Assembly (NCBI GenBank): GCA_024704765.1
Contig: JAKMXF010000222.1
Coordinates: forward strand, 1,678,400-1,742,399
Reading direction: 5' to 3'
Source: Oopsacas minuta
Lineage: Eukaryota > Animalia > Porifera
Length of the DNA stretch: 64,000 nt
Every line of letters begins with the position of its first letter. The first letter of the stretch is position 1. A program made the position numbers and the translations under genes. The notes below the pieces were generated by a model. The model saw nothing but the letters and a program-made list of their open reading frames with translations. It was not told the origin of the DNA and did not search any database. Of this stretch, positions 35,900 to 48,490 are shown one piece after another.

Positions 35900-36898
35900 C
35901 AGGTAAACCTCCCGAAGCGGTACCTCCGAGATACGGCACAATCCCATTCCACCGATTGATTTTCCTATACATATAGCACTTCTTGAACCACTGGACACAA
36001 TGCATACGCTATATAAGAATATACTATACAGGAGTATTATATCATATAGGAATATATTATATATTTTATCAGCGTTTCCCACAGTATTTTTGGAAAGGGC
36101 TCATTTGGGGGATTGAGTGGTGCCTCTGTCGCATATATACGTACTAAACCCCATGCAGCATAAAGTCTTCATTTTAACGCAGGTAGATATCCTAAGCGCG
36201 TCATTCAGCGGAGAGAGCGCGTTGATTGACGCTCTTTGGGGTACACAATTTGCATGGTATGGGAATACACTAATAATTATATACTTTATCAGTCCTGACA
36301 GTATTCTTATATGGTGTATGCACTGTAGGACACCTCCGAGATGCGGCAATTAAATGAACTCCGGATTGAAATTTTCATGCAATTTGTACGTAGTTTTTAA
36401 ATAAGCAGTTAAAACCTCCGCATTTATAGTATATATTATCTAATTGTAGAAGTTTAGGAAAGTAGAGGTGTTAGTCTTAACCGATTACTGACGAAGTGTT
36501 ACGTTCGTAACGAAAAAGGAACACGATAATATTAGCACTTCGTTTTAACCAATTGCCGCACCCAAATCGAGATTTCAGCACCTTTTTGACGTCATAAAAT
36601 GACACATTTTCCCGGCAGTATTCGGTTGAGGCTGAGTGGCCACAATATCCTTCATTTTCAATTTAAATCTTAGGTCGATATATAAGCTATAGACGATATA
36701 TGATAGACACAAGGGAATCTCTTGGCAAAAACTTGCTCCTCGGGTTAATCGGTTTCCAATAACCATTAGTAATACTTATTATTGTTAGCATCTGATATTT
36801 CGACCTTAAAATAGCATATTAATCGTGTATAAGGGCAACCTCTGAGATACGATACAAAATTATTCCCTCTATGATGTCATACCTCGGAGATTTACCTG
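35900..36898. mobile_element. ~1-kb pogo/Tigger-type non-autonomous element
   Basis: TA|CAGGTAAACCTCCCGAAG ... CTCGGAGATTTACCTG|TA. Internal motif ACCTC(C/T)GAGAT(A/G)CG recurs at ~35922, ~36332 and ~36838. Confidence 0.7.
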
Positions 36899-37030
36899 TA
36901 TTATTATTAATTTAGATTCCAAGACCAACAAATTCATACAAATCAACGGAACATGGGCTCCATTATGCCTGAATAGAGAGAAAAGCTCATTTACATATTG
37001 AAATTAACCGAGCTATTAATTATAATATTA

Positions 37031-40000
37031 TTAGTAAGGTTGATCTGGAATCTTATCAAAGAAGTTAGGAAGCTCCCCATAATAAGATCTACTCATACGT
37101 AAGTTCTCTGTTCTTCTACGTCTGTCCTCTTTAGCTCTATCTTCCTCAGAAATATTTTCATTTATCTTACGACTGTCTTCACTAATCTCTTTAGCTTGGT
37201 TCTTAGAGATATCTCCTCTCACGAGTAACAGCTGATAGATGTGTCCTGATTTAACATTGTGACTCTTAGCGAAACTTCCAACCTCTAAAGCTAACATTCC
37301 GTCATTATCTAGACCCAGTATTTCAGCTAGAGGTTTAATAATGTTAGCTCTGTCAGGGTTTATCTTTCTAGAATGTTCCATAAAACGCTGAGAAATCTTC
37401 TTAGCTTCAGCCTTCAGTTGATTAGAAGCCTTTCTACGATCATTCTTAGAGCTAGGTTTGAATTGTGATCGTTTGGGATCTAGAATAGCTCTGATATATT
37501 CACTTATTACTCTCTCCTGAGCTTGAATCATTATCTTATCAAATTCTCCTAAATACAATGGCAGAAAATGAGAACAAAGAAGGTCATAACAAATACGAAT
37601 ATGTTTATTCAAAAGGGAAATAAAACAGTCGAGTTCATAGGCTTTATGTAGAGAGAGGTTTGTATCTATTGCGACACCTAATGATGTACAAAGGCCATCC
37701 TTCATTTGTTAATAAGGCGTGATTAAAATTATGACATCACAATTTATATAATAGCTGATAAAAATTCACAGTAGGAATTTTGACAAAAATCAAGTCAACA
37801 TCAGTCAATTTTAACATTCGATTTTCACCAAATTATTTCTTTCTTTGAGATTTCAAACTAACAGATGTTAACTGTACTGTGAAGTACTACACACAAACCT
37901 GCTCTCAAGCTTCTGAACTCTCTAGAATAGTCAACAATAGTTACCAAAATGGTATCTATTAACTCTGTCTTCCCAATCCAGCTCTTGGTCATGATTGCAT
38001 TAAAGCTGCTCTCAAGGTCATTAAAGACAAAGTCTAACAAACATGAACATGCAAGCTTGCCTGCCTCAAAGAAAGAGTCAGCTACTTCTTTGAATAATTT
38101 CTCAGTCTCTTCGTCTGCAACATCTGACCGTATCTACACAAGTATTATGTACGTAGTAATTAGTTGAATAAAGTGTCAGAATTCGGCGATTTTGTTTGTT
38201 GGTTTGATTAAAATAAGTATTTGGGAAGCATCTTATTGCTTACTCACTATGAAATTCTTTTGGCCAAGTTTTCGGACAAATGCAAGTACCTATGAATTGA
38301 TTATATATGTACGCACCTTTCTCCAAAAACAGAATATGATTTTTTGTCTAATTGTATAGGAAGAATATATCGAATATTCGGATAAGACGTAGTTCGGTTA
38401 ATACGTATATACTAATTTTTATTTCCCGAGGGGGTAAGTGACTCATACGTCTTATCCGAGTTTAACTGTATATATGTATATATGTATATATACATTACCC
38501 CTTCTAATACGAGAGCGTTAAGCTGATCCAACTCATCGGAGAGAATACTACAGTTGTTGATACAAGCCATTAGATTAGGAATACAGAAGGATACAGATGA
38601 TCTCTCTGTTGTCTGCAATACTCCATGAGAATACTTACGTATCTCTGATTTGTAAGATAATGTCATATCATGCATAGCGGTTAGACACATCCCTAGTACA
38701 GCGAGGTACATGTCTATACCCAGCATCTTAACTAGATCTATCTGAGCCTGTACCATCTCAAATACGATTACAGATACATTAGTGTGATAATGTCCGTTTA
38801 TATCCGCCTCAGGTTCTACGTTCCTATACCACTCTTCTCGTTCTTGGTCTACGATCTTACGAGTCAACTGAGATAATTTTATCCTGAGATCATCATAGAA
38901 TTTCTTCTGCATGGACTCTCTCCGCTCTTTGGAAAGGAGACGGCCTAATTCTTCCACGTATAGAGAGAGGGGAGGGAGTGCTAGCTGTGATTTAAGATGT
39001 TCCACACTCTCCAACAATACTATTATATTACCTACACACAGAAGTAGTATGAAACTGGTGGTAGTCATGGTTTCATAGGCGTAGGATAACGGAGTGCCGG
39101 CGAGGCTTACACGGTTTTTTCACATTTGTAAGTCTATATAAACAATGTATATATTAACTAATAATAGCCCCGATGATTGTACAATCTCCACTGAAATTCT
39201 AAATCTCTTCGGTTGTATACTGTAGAAGTTCGTCTTCATTTCACAACATGGATTACTTCATTTCTATACGAGATATTATTCATTACAGCATCATAATGCA
39301 AGTGTTCACTATTTAGCTTTTCATATAAAGTAACCTCAACTGGCCCATATTAATGAATAGAATGATTACCATATGAGAGGTCACGTGAACTGATATCATC
39401 AAACATGTTTACAAGCTCTTTGTGGTAATTCTGTATGTAGAAGTCTAGAATATCAAATTCCGGAGGGAAGCAGGGTAGACAAAGCTCTTTGACACACCTC
39501 AACTCATCAAGTACTGCTTGCTCTAGTTTAACCAGTGAGTCACTCAGCCATTGCTCGTCATCTTCTCCATCTAAACTCAGCATGTGAAATCTATTGAAAA
39601 CAAACTAATATGTCAGGATAGCTTATTTGAGAATAATCTTGTTAATAATAAGAGACATGTATTTTAGGGTTTCTAAGCCTATGGCCACTGAGATATTTAC
39701 ATCAGTTTTGGTCATATTGAATATCTAAGCTATCTTGACCGAGCGTGAGCAAGATGACCAAACATGACTGTGGTTACGATAGAAATTAATACAAAGTGTT
39801 CATAACAAATATTATTTCTGAGATAATTTGTAAATTAAATTCATCTATACATGATCTGACAGAAAAAAAGTAAAGATTTACTAAATTACTAAGGGGTAAT
39901 GATGTAATGATTACAGGTATAATGAATACTAAGATATAGTACCTAGCGTTGATGGAGTTTTTAAATATATCCTTTGCTTTCTCTTTCCATCTCTTAGGAC

Positions 40001-43000
40001 GACCTGGTGCTGCAAACCCTTTATTAAACTTAACAGCTTCTGCTCTCTTGTCAATTTTGTCTTCTCTCTCTATTATTCTCAGTACAGTCACTAAGTGCTT
40101 AGGATCAGACCTTAGATTAAGTATTTATATATAAGGAGCAGAGGTGCCGGATGGATCATCATTCAATCCAAATTCATATGGAATACGGATATCAAAATCA
40201 AATCCATCCGAAATCCATGATGTACATTAAATCCAGAATTCAAGAATCCATTCGGCCAAATAAGGAGTACGTATTTATTATTAACGGAATTTGGTTTATG
40301 TATATATATCATTACAAGATCAGAGCCGTAACTGAAATTGTTAATTGGTTGTAATTTGGAAATAACCAATCCTTGGTAACAAACATATTTGACCATTTCT
40401 CAAGAAAAGCTCGTCAGTATATACTCTGTTAATAACATACCTAACTGTATCTAGCACACGCTGCAGTATGAATGATATCTGTTTGAAGAATGTGTCAGAT
40501 AACTGCATTACAGGCTCGAAATAGTCTTTAAGAGTAGCATTCCTCTGAGTCTCAGGGTTAGTTTCGTGTAGTTGTAGGAGTAGATCATCCCTGGTCCTTT
40601 CTAAGTTCATCAGGTTATAATGAGCTGGTAACAATCTTCCTTCACTAATGTAATGTTCAGTTTCAGTACAGATATCCAGGACATTGATGATGTTACTCAG
40701 ATGTGTGTTAGCAGTACGGAGCTGTAGATACCTACAATAAATACATGCATTAGTTGATTTAATCATAGAGGCAGATGTTAACCCATGGACAGTTTGTGAG
40801 ATATTTAGTCTAACAAATTAGCCTTTTGGAAAATGCATCACCAAATTTGTATACTGGATGTGTAATATAATTCGTATAATATTAAAACACGTAATATTCG
40901 TAAAATGTTTCATAAAACCGAATCAAACAATCTAGCGAAACATTGAAAGCTAATTAATTTTAAGAACATTCTAGAACTATAATATCTAAATGATAGGATC
41001 AGGTTCTGCTTCTACAAATGTACTCAATATATTTGATAGGTCTTTATTGTAAGTATTTCCAATCATATCCAATCCTGATAATTCATCACGTCTCTCTTTA
41101 TCTACTGCTATATTTGCTGGAGTATTAATATTAGATCCTACTGTTTCCAATCTTGGTAGTTTAGTAGGTCTCTCTTCATCTACTTCCACAGGATATTCTG
41201 TCGGAGTAAGAATAGAATGTATAGGATCTTCTAATGATTCATCAGCTCTCTGTAAATCCAACATTTCTTCTTGATCAACAGACTGTGTATAAATACAGCC
41301 ATCCTCTGTATTATCCTGTTGTTGTATGGTAATATTATTATCAGTAGAGTTAGTATAGTAAATATGAGGCGACTGAAGAGGAGGAGGAGGAGGAGAAGAA
41401 CCTAACAGCTGGGGGTATAGACAGGTATCAGGGTTGTGGCTAGGGACAGAAGGTTTGATCGGAGGGAAGCTAGGATGTACCATAGATTCTATAAGAGAAA
41501 TCGCGGTTCTACACACCTTACGAATAGACATATGATCTGAATACATACCCTCAGTAAAGTAAGGAAGTAGTGTAGGTATGTAAGATGACGTCATAGGGTG
41601 TGAGTAAAGTATGGAGTCAGATAGGAAAGAGTACAGGAGGACTGTGTACATTGTGATGAGGGGATCAGGAGGGTACACCACTTGTAGAAGGGAGGTGTCA
41701 GGAATAAGACACACAAGGTGACTCATAAACTCATTATACTCACTAACAGATACCTCTACTATACAATTCCTAACTAATGATACTGATGCAGATAAGCACT
41801 GATTAGCTAGCATTAACTTGTCTCTATCAGTATTAAACTCTATCTCATTGGTATCTCTACTTCTCTTCTGACGTAATATAGGAGAGTTATCAGCTAGTCT
41901 GAGAGAGGAGTTTGTCTTGAGGAATCCTATGAACTGATGCAGGTGGAAAGGAAGGACGCTAGTCTGACTAACCTCTAACCAGCTAGACAGACATTGCAGC
42001 ATACACATGCTAACTGAATGGTTACAGCTGTTATTCATTGATTTAACAAATAGAACAGATATAGGCTGAGTTAATGGGATTATACATGAAGGAATTACTG
42101 TACACAATTTCTCCAGGAATACCCAAGCACTACATATCACCTGAGTATGCTGATTAGTAACTAGATGTGATATAGTTAGTGTAGTAATGTACAGGATAGC
42201 TTCTATTGGGATAGATACTAAATACGGAGAGGATTGAGAGAGAAGAGAGAGGATGAGATTAAAGAGAGAATCTATTCTACGGCAAGTGTGTGAGGTATCT
42301 AAGAGGGCTGGTAAGGGGAGAGGAGATTCTATAGAGAGTATACTGGACACTGAGACAGAAGAGAGGGAGGTTATACACCCCTGGAGAGAGGAGAGAGTAT
42401 AATTCATCACCTGCCTCCACTCATAACAGAACTTTTCTCCTTCAGGTCCTGGCTTTGAGAGAGTAGGACAATAAGACAACCAAGAAATACAACATATACG
42501 GATATACTCAAGGTTATGATCTAAATGCTCTCTAGCAAAATTACTCACTCTCCTTTTGGTCTTATCAGCACTAACTATTTCCTTTGAGTATTTTATACAA
42601 GCTAACAAACATTGTAGTGCGTGTACTCGGACAGTAGCAAGTGTTTCTGTAGAGAGAATAGTGGATAGATTAGAGCCTATTTTTGCTAATAAAGACGCAT
42701 CTCTGCTAGATCCAGAATTAGAAATTATACGTACAATCTCTGGTAGAGTATCAGTAATAGATACAAGCTCAGTTGAGTTAATACAGTGACCTTCTACCAA
42801 TAATTTAGATAAATTTTGTAGAGAGGAGAGTGATGATTTGAGATGTAATTCTTCTGATTCCATACAACTTAATTATTTTGCTAGTGTAATATAGTGCAGT
42901 TGTTTACAACAAGTCTGAGGATAATTAAGATAACACATGGTTAGTCAATAGTAACCTGTAATATTAAATAGTATGACAATTAGATTCCTTGTACAAATGT

Positions 43001-43618
43001 ACGTACTATGTATATTGTATTCAACTTGTAATGTAATATCCTATCAGAGATTAGGTGATATTCTGCTGCAATAAAATATGATAAATAATTTCATAAAATA
43101 TTTGTAAAATACTTAGTAATTTTATATAACCACTGAACAACGTTGTGAAACTAGAACTTATTTTACCAGTTTACTGCCCAGATACAATAAATGAGAAGTA
43201 AGGTATGTTAGTTAATTAGGTCCCACAAGAAATATTAAACCATTATCCTATGAAACTAGATGAATAAGAAAATGATAACTCACGAATCGTTAATTTCTCT
43301 GAGAGGTCCTACTGTGTGTTTGATGTCATCAATAAAATCAAGCTGTAAGTCAATAGAGTTCATATTCTCTTTAACATCCTTGATCTCAGTGAGAGCATTC
43401 TTCAAACTATCTAGCCCATTCTTAACATTATCTAGCTGATTCTGTACTGAACTCTTCAGACGAGCTTCAATGAAGGATTTCTTATAAAGAGCATTTCTCT
43501 TCATCTGATCTACACTATCTAACTGTTCATGCTTCTTCAGATTGCTGCATACAAACTGGATTGCATTCTGATGTGCTTCTTCCTCGCTTTGTTTAGGGTC
43601 GTATTCTGTTAACGACAT
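37031..43618 (-). CDS. EXOC3: Exocyst complex component 3 (Sec6), 7 exons
   Basis: Exons 43618-43284, 40731-40441, 40110-39943, 39590-39370, 39031-38499, 38133-37899, 37548-37031. All junctions GT-AG and phase-compatible, total 2301 nt (766 aa). Motifs IEARLKSSVQNQLD, LERTRDDL, LRIIEREDKID..PGRPKRWK, CFPPEFDI. Confidence 0.93.
40986..42863 (-). CDS. PELP1: PELP1/Rix1-like (rixosome) protein, nested in EXOC3 intron 1
   Basis: Single-exon 625 aa. HEAT/ARM-like helical N-terminus, NUC202-like LIESMVHPSFPPI (human HPRVPPL), Pro-rich then acidic tail, C-terminal ILSTFVEAEPD (human MLADFIDCPPD). Confidence 0.78.
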   Translation of the reverse strand: MESEELHLKSSLSSLQNLSKLLVEGHCINSTELVSITDTLPEIVRIISNSGSSRDASLLAKIGSNLSTILSTETLATVRVHALQCLLACIKYSKEIVSADKTKRRVSNFAREHLDHNLEYIRICCISWLSYCPTLSKPGPEGEKFCYEWRQVMNYTLSSLQGCITSLSSVSVSSILSIESPLPLPALLDTSHTCRRIDSLFNLILSLLSQSSPYLVSIPIEAILYITTLTISHLVTNQHTQVICSAWVFLEKLCTVIPSCIIPLTQPISVLFVKSMNNSCNHSVSMCMLQCLSSWLEVSQTSVLPFHLHQFIGFLKTNSSLRLADNSPILRQKRSRDTNEIEFNTDRDKLMLANQCLSASVSLVRNCIVEVSVSEYNEFMSHLVCLIPDTSLLQVVYPPDPLITMYTVLLYSFLSDSILYSHPMTSSYIPTLLPYFTEGMYSDHMSIRKVCRTAISLIESMVHPSFPPIKPSVPSHNPDTCLYPQLLGSSPPPPPLQSPHIYYTNSTDNNITIQQQDNTEDGCIYTQSVDQEEMLDLQRADESLEDPIHSILTPTEYPVEVDEERPTKLPRLETVGSNINTPANIAVDKERRDELSGLDMIGNTYNKDLSNILSTFVEAEPDPII

Positions 43619-44543
43619 GCTGCATATACACGATATGCTATAAGACAGATACAATGCTATCAAATATTTGATGATTAGCTCTAAATCACGAATATTAACC
43701 CGGGCTATAGAATTCTATGGTAAATACTTGTTTCATTTCAAAAGTACTGATCAATAGCTGTACTGGGTAGGCTATTTATCTACAAGTTAAAGAAAACGAT
43801 CCATCCTCCATCCTACCCATATCGGTATTGTTTTAGGGTTCGGTTCCTCTCGAATAAGAAATAACCCATAATATTTACTACGTGCTCTATTCCGTACTTT
43901 CTCCAAAATGTATCAGCAATTACTTCATAAAATTGTGTAGGAACAACTGAACTGAACAATATCGGATAAGAAGTACTTCGGCCAGTTCGAAATACATTTT
44001 GGTTTCCTGAGGAGGTCGTCTTATTCGAGTTCAATGGTAGGACTGGGGAAACATTGGAAATTCGGAAATCTGAGTATATTTCAGAAACTATATACGTATA
44101 GTATTTCTCTGAAGAAGCACCTGGCACTTATTATTTCTTTGGAATATTTTGATAAAATTTTTACAATTTTGAAAATACAAATGATTTGGGGAAATAAATT
44201 ATCTCTAATTGATCACAGACAAATTAAGCGTAAATTCACGAAAAAAATTCTTCCATAAGGTGGTGATATTATATCACTGTCTGAAGCCTTCTCTAGCTTC
44301 CTAAGCTTATTTCATAACTGCCTCAGATCATTTCAGATCAGCATTTAAATGATAAATTCAGTTTCAATGTTCAATTTCATACCATTTGATATATCTATAT
44401 ATTCATAGCATTCTAAATTTCTATTACACTAAGACAATGACACTGGCCATTTGTTCCAGGACTAGGGATTGGTTCAACGAGCAAGGCATTATTATGCTGG
44501 TGGTGTATTTCAGAAATAGTGCACTTTTGGCCGAATGAATGTA

Positions 44544-44688
44544 CAGTCGAAACCGGATTCTGACCAATTCTGTTTAGAGAAAATAGTCAGAAAAACCCGA
44601 GTCAGAGAAAACCGATTACTATTACTAGGAAATTGCTATTAAACAATTTTGAACAAAAATATGGTCAGAAAAAAAACGGTTTCGACTG
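44544..44688. mobile_element. Tc1/pogo-type MITE
   Basis: Perfect 12-bp TIRs CAGTCGAAACCG / CGGTTTCGACTG flanked by TA on both sides. Confidence 0.85.
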
Positions 44689-45010
44689 TATCACACACTG
44701 ACCATATTTATATAACAATATCCGGGATATGACATAACGCGTTATGATATTAACCCAGTTTTTTAGAACAAGAAGTAATGAAAATGGTTTTGGATTTTAA
44801 CTTTTTATGATGATAAACTGGATAATCTATTAAACGGTAAGATATAAACTGGGATCCACTTTATATAGCTAGAAATATCTAAGATAATCTAGTTAAATTG
44901 CAATATTGAAACATATGTTGGGAAAACGTCTGAAAGAATTTGCGGAAATACAAATGTCAACTTTTCTATAAAATCTCCCAGAGCGATAAAAATTTCAGAA
45001 AAATAGCGTA

Positions 45011-47552
45011 CTGTCGTATGAGGATTCAACTACTTCTATTATAACAACCATGGATACTTCACAAACATGAGGATTTAACTACCTTCTATTTATGGCTTCA
45101 TAATTGTATACTTCATATTACACATCAATAATTATACATTTTATTCTTTTATTATCAACAAACACAAACTGTTTCCTATTTTAAATATGATTTTTCCCTG
45201 AATAAATGCTACGGGATCTGAACAAAAATCATAAGCACAAAGAGTGTTTATGGCAATACAACAAACTGATTTCTTATGTTCAATATATTTTAAAATCAAG
45301 TTGTTTATGAACACAGTATGCTTTCCCCCGTAGAGTATTATAATTCAAGAAAATAAATATGCATAATTATTGATGTGTAATAGGAAGTATACAGTTATGA
45401 AGCCATAAATAGAAGTAGTTAAACCGGGCGCATGCATTAGCTCGAATTGTCATGTTGTCGATAGCTCGACTCAGTTTTTAACTGTTTTCGATAATTCGGC
45501 TCAGTTTTTGACTGTGTTCTCGATAGCTCGATTCATTCAGTTGTATGGCTGTCGTCAATGGGAAATAATTGCTGAATTGATTTGTTTTGAAAATCACATT
45601 TCATGGTAATTATAAACAACTTGCTTCACTGGTATAAGAAGCCTTTTGGTCTCTTGATATTATTGTATTATTTACATCTTCGAAATGGAATACACATCAG
45701 ACAGCTATAGGCGTAGTAATGGAAAAATTCTTACAACAATCGATGGGTTTAAGTATTCTAAATATAAAGTGAAAGAAAATACAACATAACTCAGATGTGT
45801 TTTATCAAAAAACGGGTGTAAAGGGACAGCTAAATTAAAGTTAAAAAATAATTTGATATATCCCAGTTCAATTCATAACCATGGTAATGATGAGTATAAA
45901 TCAGGAGTTTATGAATTGAAGACCATATGCAAGAAAAGGGCTCAAACTTCTCAAGACAATTTAAGGAAGATTTTCGATGACGAAACAAGTACGAGTCTGT
46001 TTGCAAGTGAAATTCCTTTCAATGAGTGTGGGTATTCTATGTACCATTCTAGGAGAAGATTGCAACCTAAGATCCCCCTTACAGCTATAGAATTCTCAGT
46101 TATGTTACCCGAATCTACTTTTGCGACTCACCACAAATTTACTGTCACGACTAATAACCATACTGCTGTTGTCTTTTATTCTCAACACATGAAAACTTAC
46201 TTATCAGAAATTTCCAAAATTCAGTCAGATGGGACATTTTATACAGTGCCAACCCAATTCTCCCAATTATGGACGGTATTTGTGGTAATTGATCGACATG
46301 CACTCCCAGGCATACATTGTTTAATGACGTCAAAAGATCAAGAACTCTATACTGCAATAATAGCCAAGATCCATTCTCTTATTCCAGATTTCAAACCGAA
46401 AATCTCTATTCCTGACTGGGAACCAGCACCGCGAAATTGTTTTAAAGAAATTTATCCCACCATTACAAATCAGGGATGTTGGTTCCACTTTACCCAACAT
46501 ATCTGGGCCAAACTCAGAAGCTCGGGCTAGTTCAGAGTTTTCATGATAATCCTGAAATTGCCAATTTCATAAGTAATCTCATGGCGATACCATTTCTCCC
46601 AGAAAGTTGAATTCATCCAACCTATATATTCCTCCAAGTACCGAATTTAACAAATCTAGAATCAGGCAAATTGGAGCAACTTCGTAAATACTTCAAGAAA
46701 AGGTGGATTACTCAAATAAATCCAGAGGAGCTTTCTATCTATGAAGCTGTAATTACGACCAATAATGCTGCGGAAAGCTATCACGCAAAGCTAAAATCCA
46801 TCATTAAAACTCCTCATCCAAGAGTATGGAATTTTCTGAAAACTATCAACAATATGATAGAAGACATAAATAATGAAATGGGGAGATTGAGACTAGGTCA
46901 TAGCATTTCTAGGTCAAGGAAATCAAAGCATTTTCTAAAGGATCAACGCGAAGTTAGTAAGGAAAAGTTCAGAATTGGCGAGTTGACTCCTTGGCAGTAT
47001 CTAAATGCAATGAGCAACACTATTGGTGGTACCTTTACTGAAATTGAATTCTCTGATACTGATGAGTCAGACAATGAAAGCGAGAATCCATTAATAGAGA
47101 ATATTTGTGTTATATGTCTGATGCCGCGGACAACAACTTGGGTATTCCTACCTTGTAAGCACGCTAATTGTTGTGCAGCTGCAGCGAGAGAATAGAGGAA
47201 TTGAATCAGACGTGTCCGGTATGTCGTGCTCCAATTATCAGCCGATTCCAAATTTATACTTAGTAGTTATACACTTGTTTATCCACTTTTTCATTCATTC
47301 ACACAATCTTTTGATATCATAGTAATTAAATATTTCTCATACTCACTAATACAATATACTTATTCAATAAACAAACAGTAGAAGAATAAATAATAATGCA
47401 TGACACATGGGGAAGGTATCGACAACATACTAAAAACTGAGTCGAGCTATCGACAACATGACAATTCGAGCTAATGCAGCGCCCCGTTAAACCCTCATGG
47501 TTTTGAAGTATCCATGGTTGTTATAATAGTAGTTGAATCCTCATACAACAGC
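45011..47552. repeat. Foldback element (~125-bp arms) split by the MULE insertion
   Basis: Left arm ~45011-45135 is the reverse complement of ~45360-45425 joined to 47485-47552, once the MULE and one TSD copy are removed. Confidence 0.8.
45426..47484 (+). mobile_element. MULE/Mutator (Phantom-like) transposon; FLYWCH + DDE + C-terminal RING; inactivated
   Basis: TIRs GGGCGC(A)TGCATTAGCTCGAATTGTCATGTTGTCGATAGCTCGACTCAGTTTTTA; 9-bp TSD AGTTAAACC / CGTTAAACC. FLYWCH-like LRCVLSKNGCKGTA...HNH; SDGTFYTVP, DWE, GCWFHF, TTNNAAESYH; stops and frameshifts present. Confidence 0.9.
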
Positions 47553-48490
47553 ACTATTACATACTAGTTAAGAATGAGATATTGAATATTTCGAGTATAG
47601 TACTCCCTTGCTAATACGAACAGCACTGTTCTAATTGCAAAATAATTAGTTTGGATCAGTGAAATGCATTAAAACAATATAGAAGGACATTTTTCGAAAG
47701 TTGTACAAACGATGACAGGGTGGCCTACATGTGTAATATAACATTAGATACTTATCTGCAGTAGAATTGGATACAAATAGGTTGATTTTAGATAATTTTC
47801 CAATGAATGTACAAGGTTTAGGCAGTTTGGATTAGCGATGGTTCGTATTAACGAGGTTGGATTAGCGAGGGTCTAATGTAGTGTATTAGAGAGTAAAATG
47901 AAATACAGTTGACTCCGGTTAATTGGATCACTTGTCTAGAGTGCAGTGGTCTGATTAATACGAGTTGACTATAAACTCATTCATACGAGAGACTACTGAT
48001 GATAAAACCAGTAATGCAAGCAGAACGTGGATAAGAATAAGTATTTTCTAACAAATCTCAAAAAAACGTCACTTAATGTGAAATTGAAATCGGTGATGTG
48101 TTCAGTGCTTTTGATATGACCCAAGTAGATGGAAAGCATGGTCAGTAATGGAGGTACTTATATGAAGTGCTAAATGGCAGTACATAATTAACTTTGTATC
48201 GTGAATGAGAGAGAGATAGTAACGGATAAAGGCCCCCGCCTTTTACGAAATTCAAGATTGTAACCTTTGTACATAGAGAGTGAAAATAAAAAGATTGAAA
48301 GAAATACTTATTCTATAAAGAGAAATATTCGAATTAGTATGTTATAATCGGTGAGAAATAAGTCTATAAATGAACTCTATCCATCTAATAAGAAATAGCA
48401 TACAAATAGAGTTCATTTCATAATAACTGTAGCAGAGCTGTAGAGTGACCTGCACTGCCTCCCTCCTACCAATGAGAAGACAATCAATAC

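Noticed and set aside
35765-36766. Four 60-105-aa ORFs between EXOC3 and RABGGTA
   Set aside because: They lie in or overlap a TIR-bounded non-autonomous element, with no recognisable protein features.
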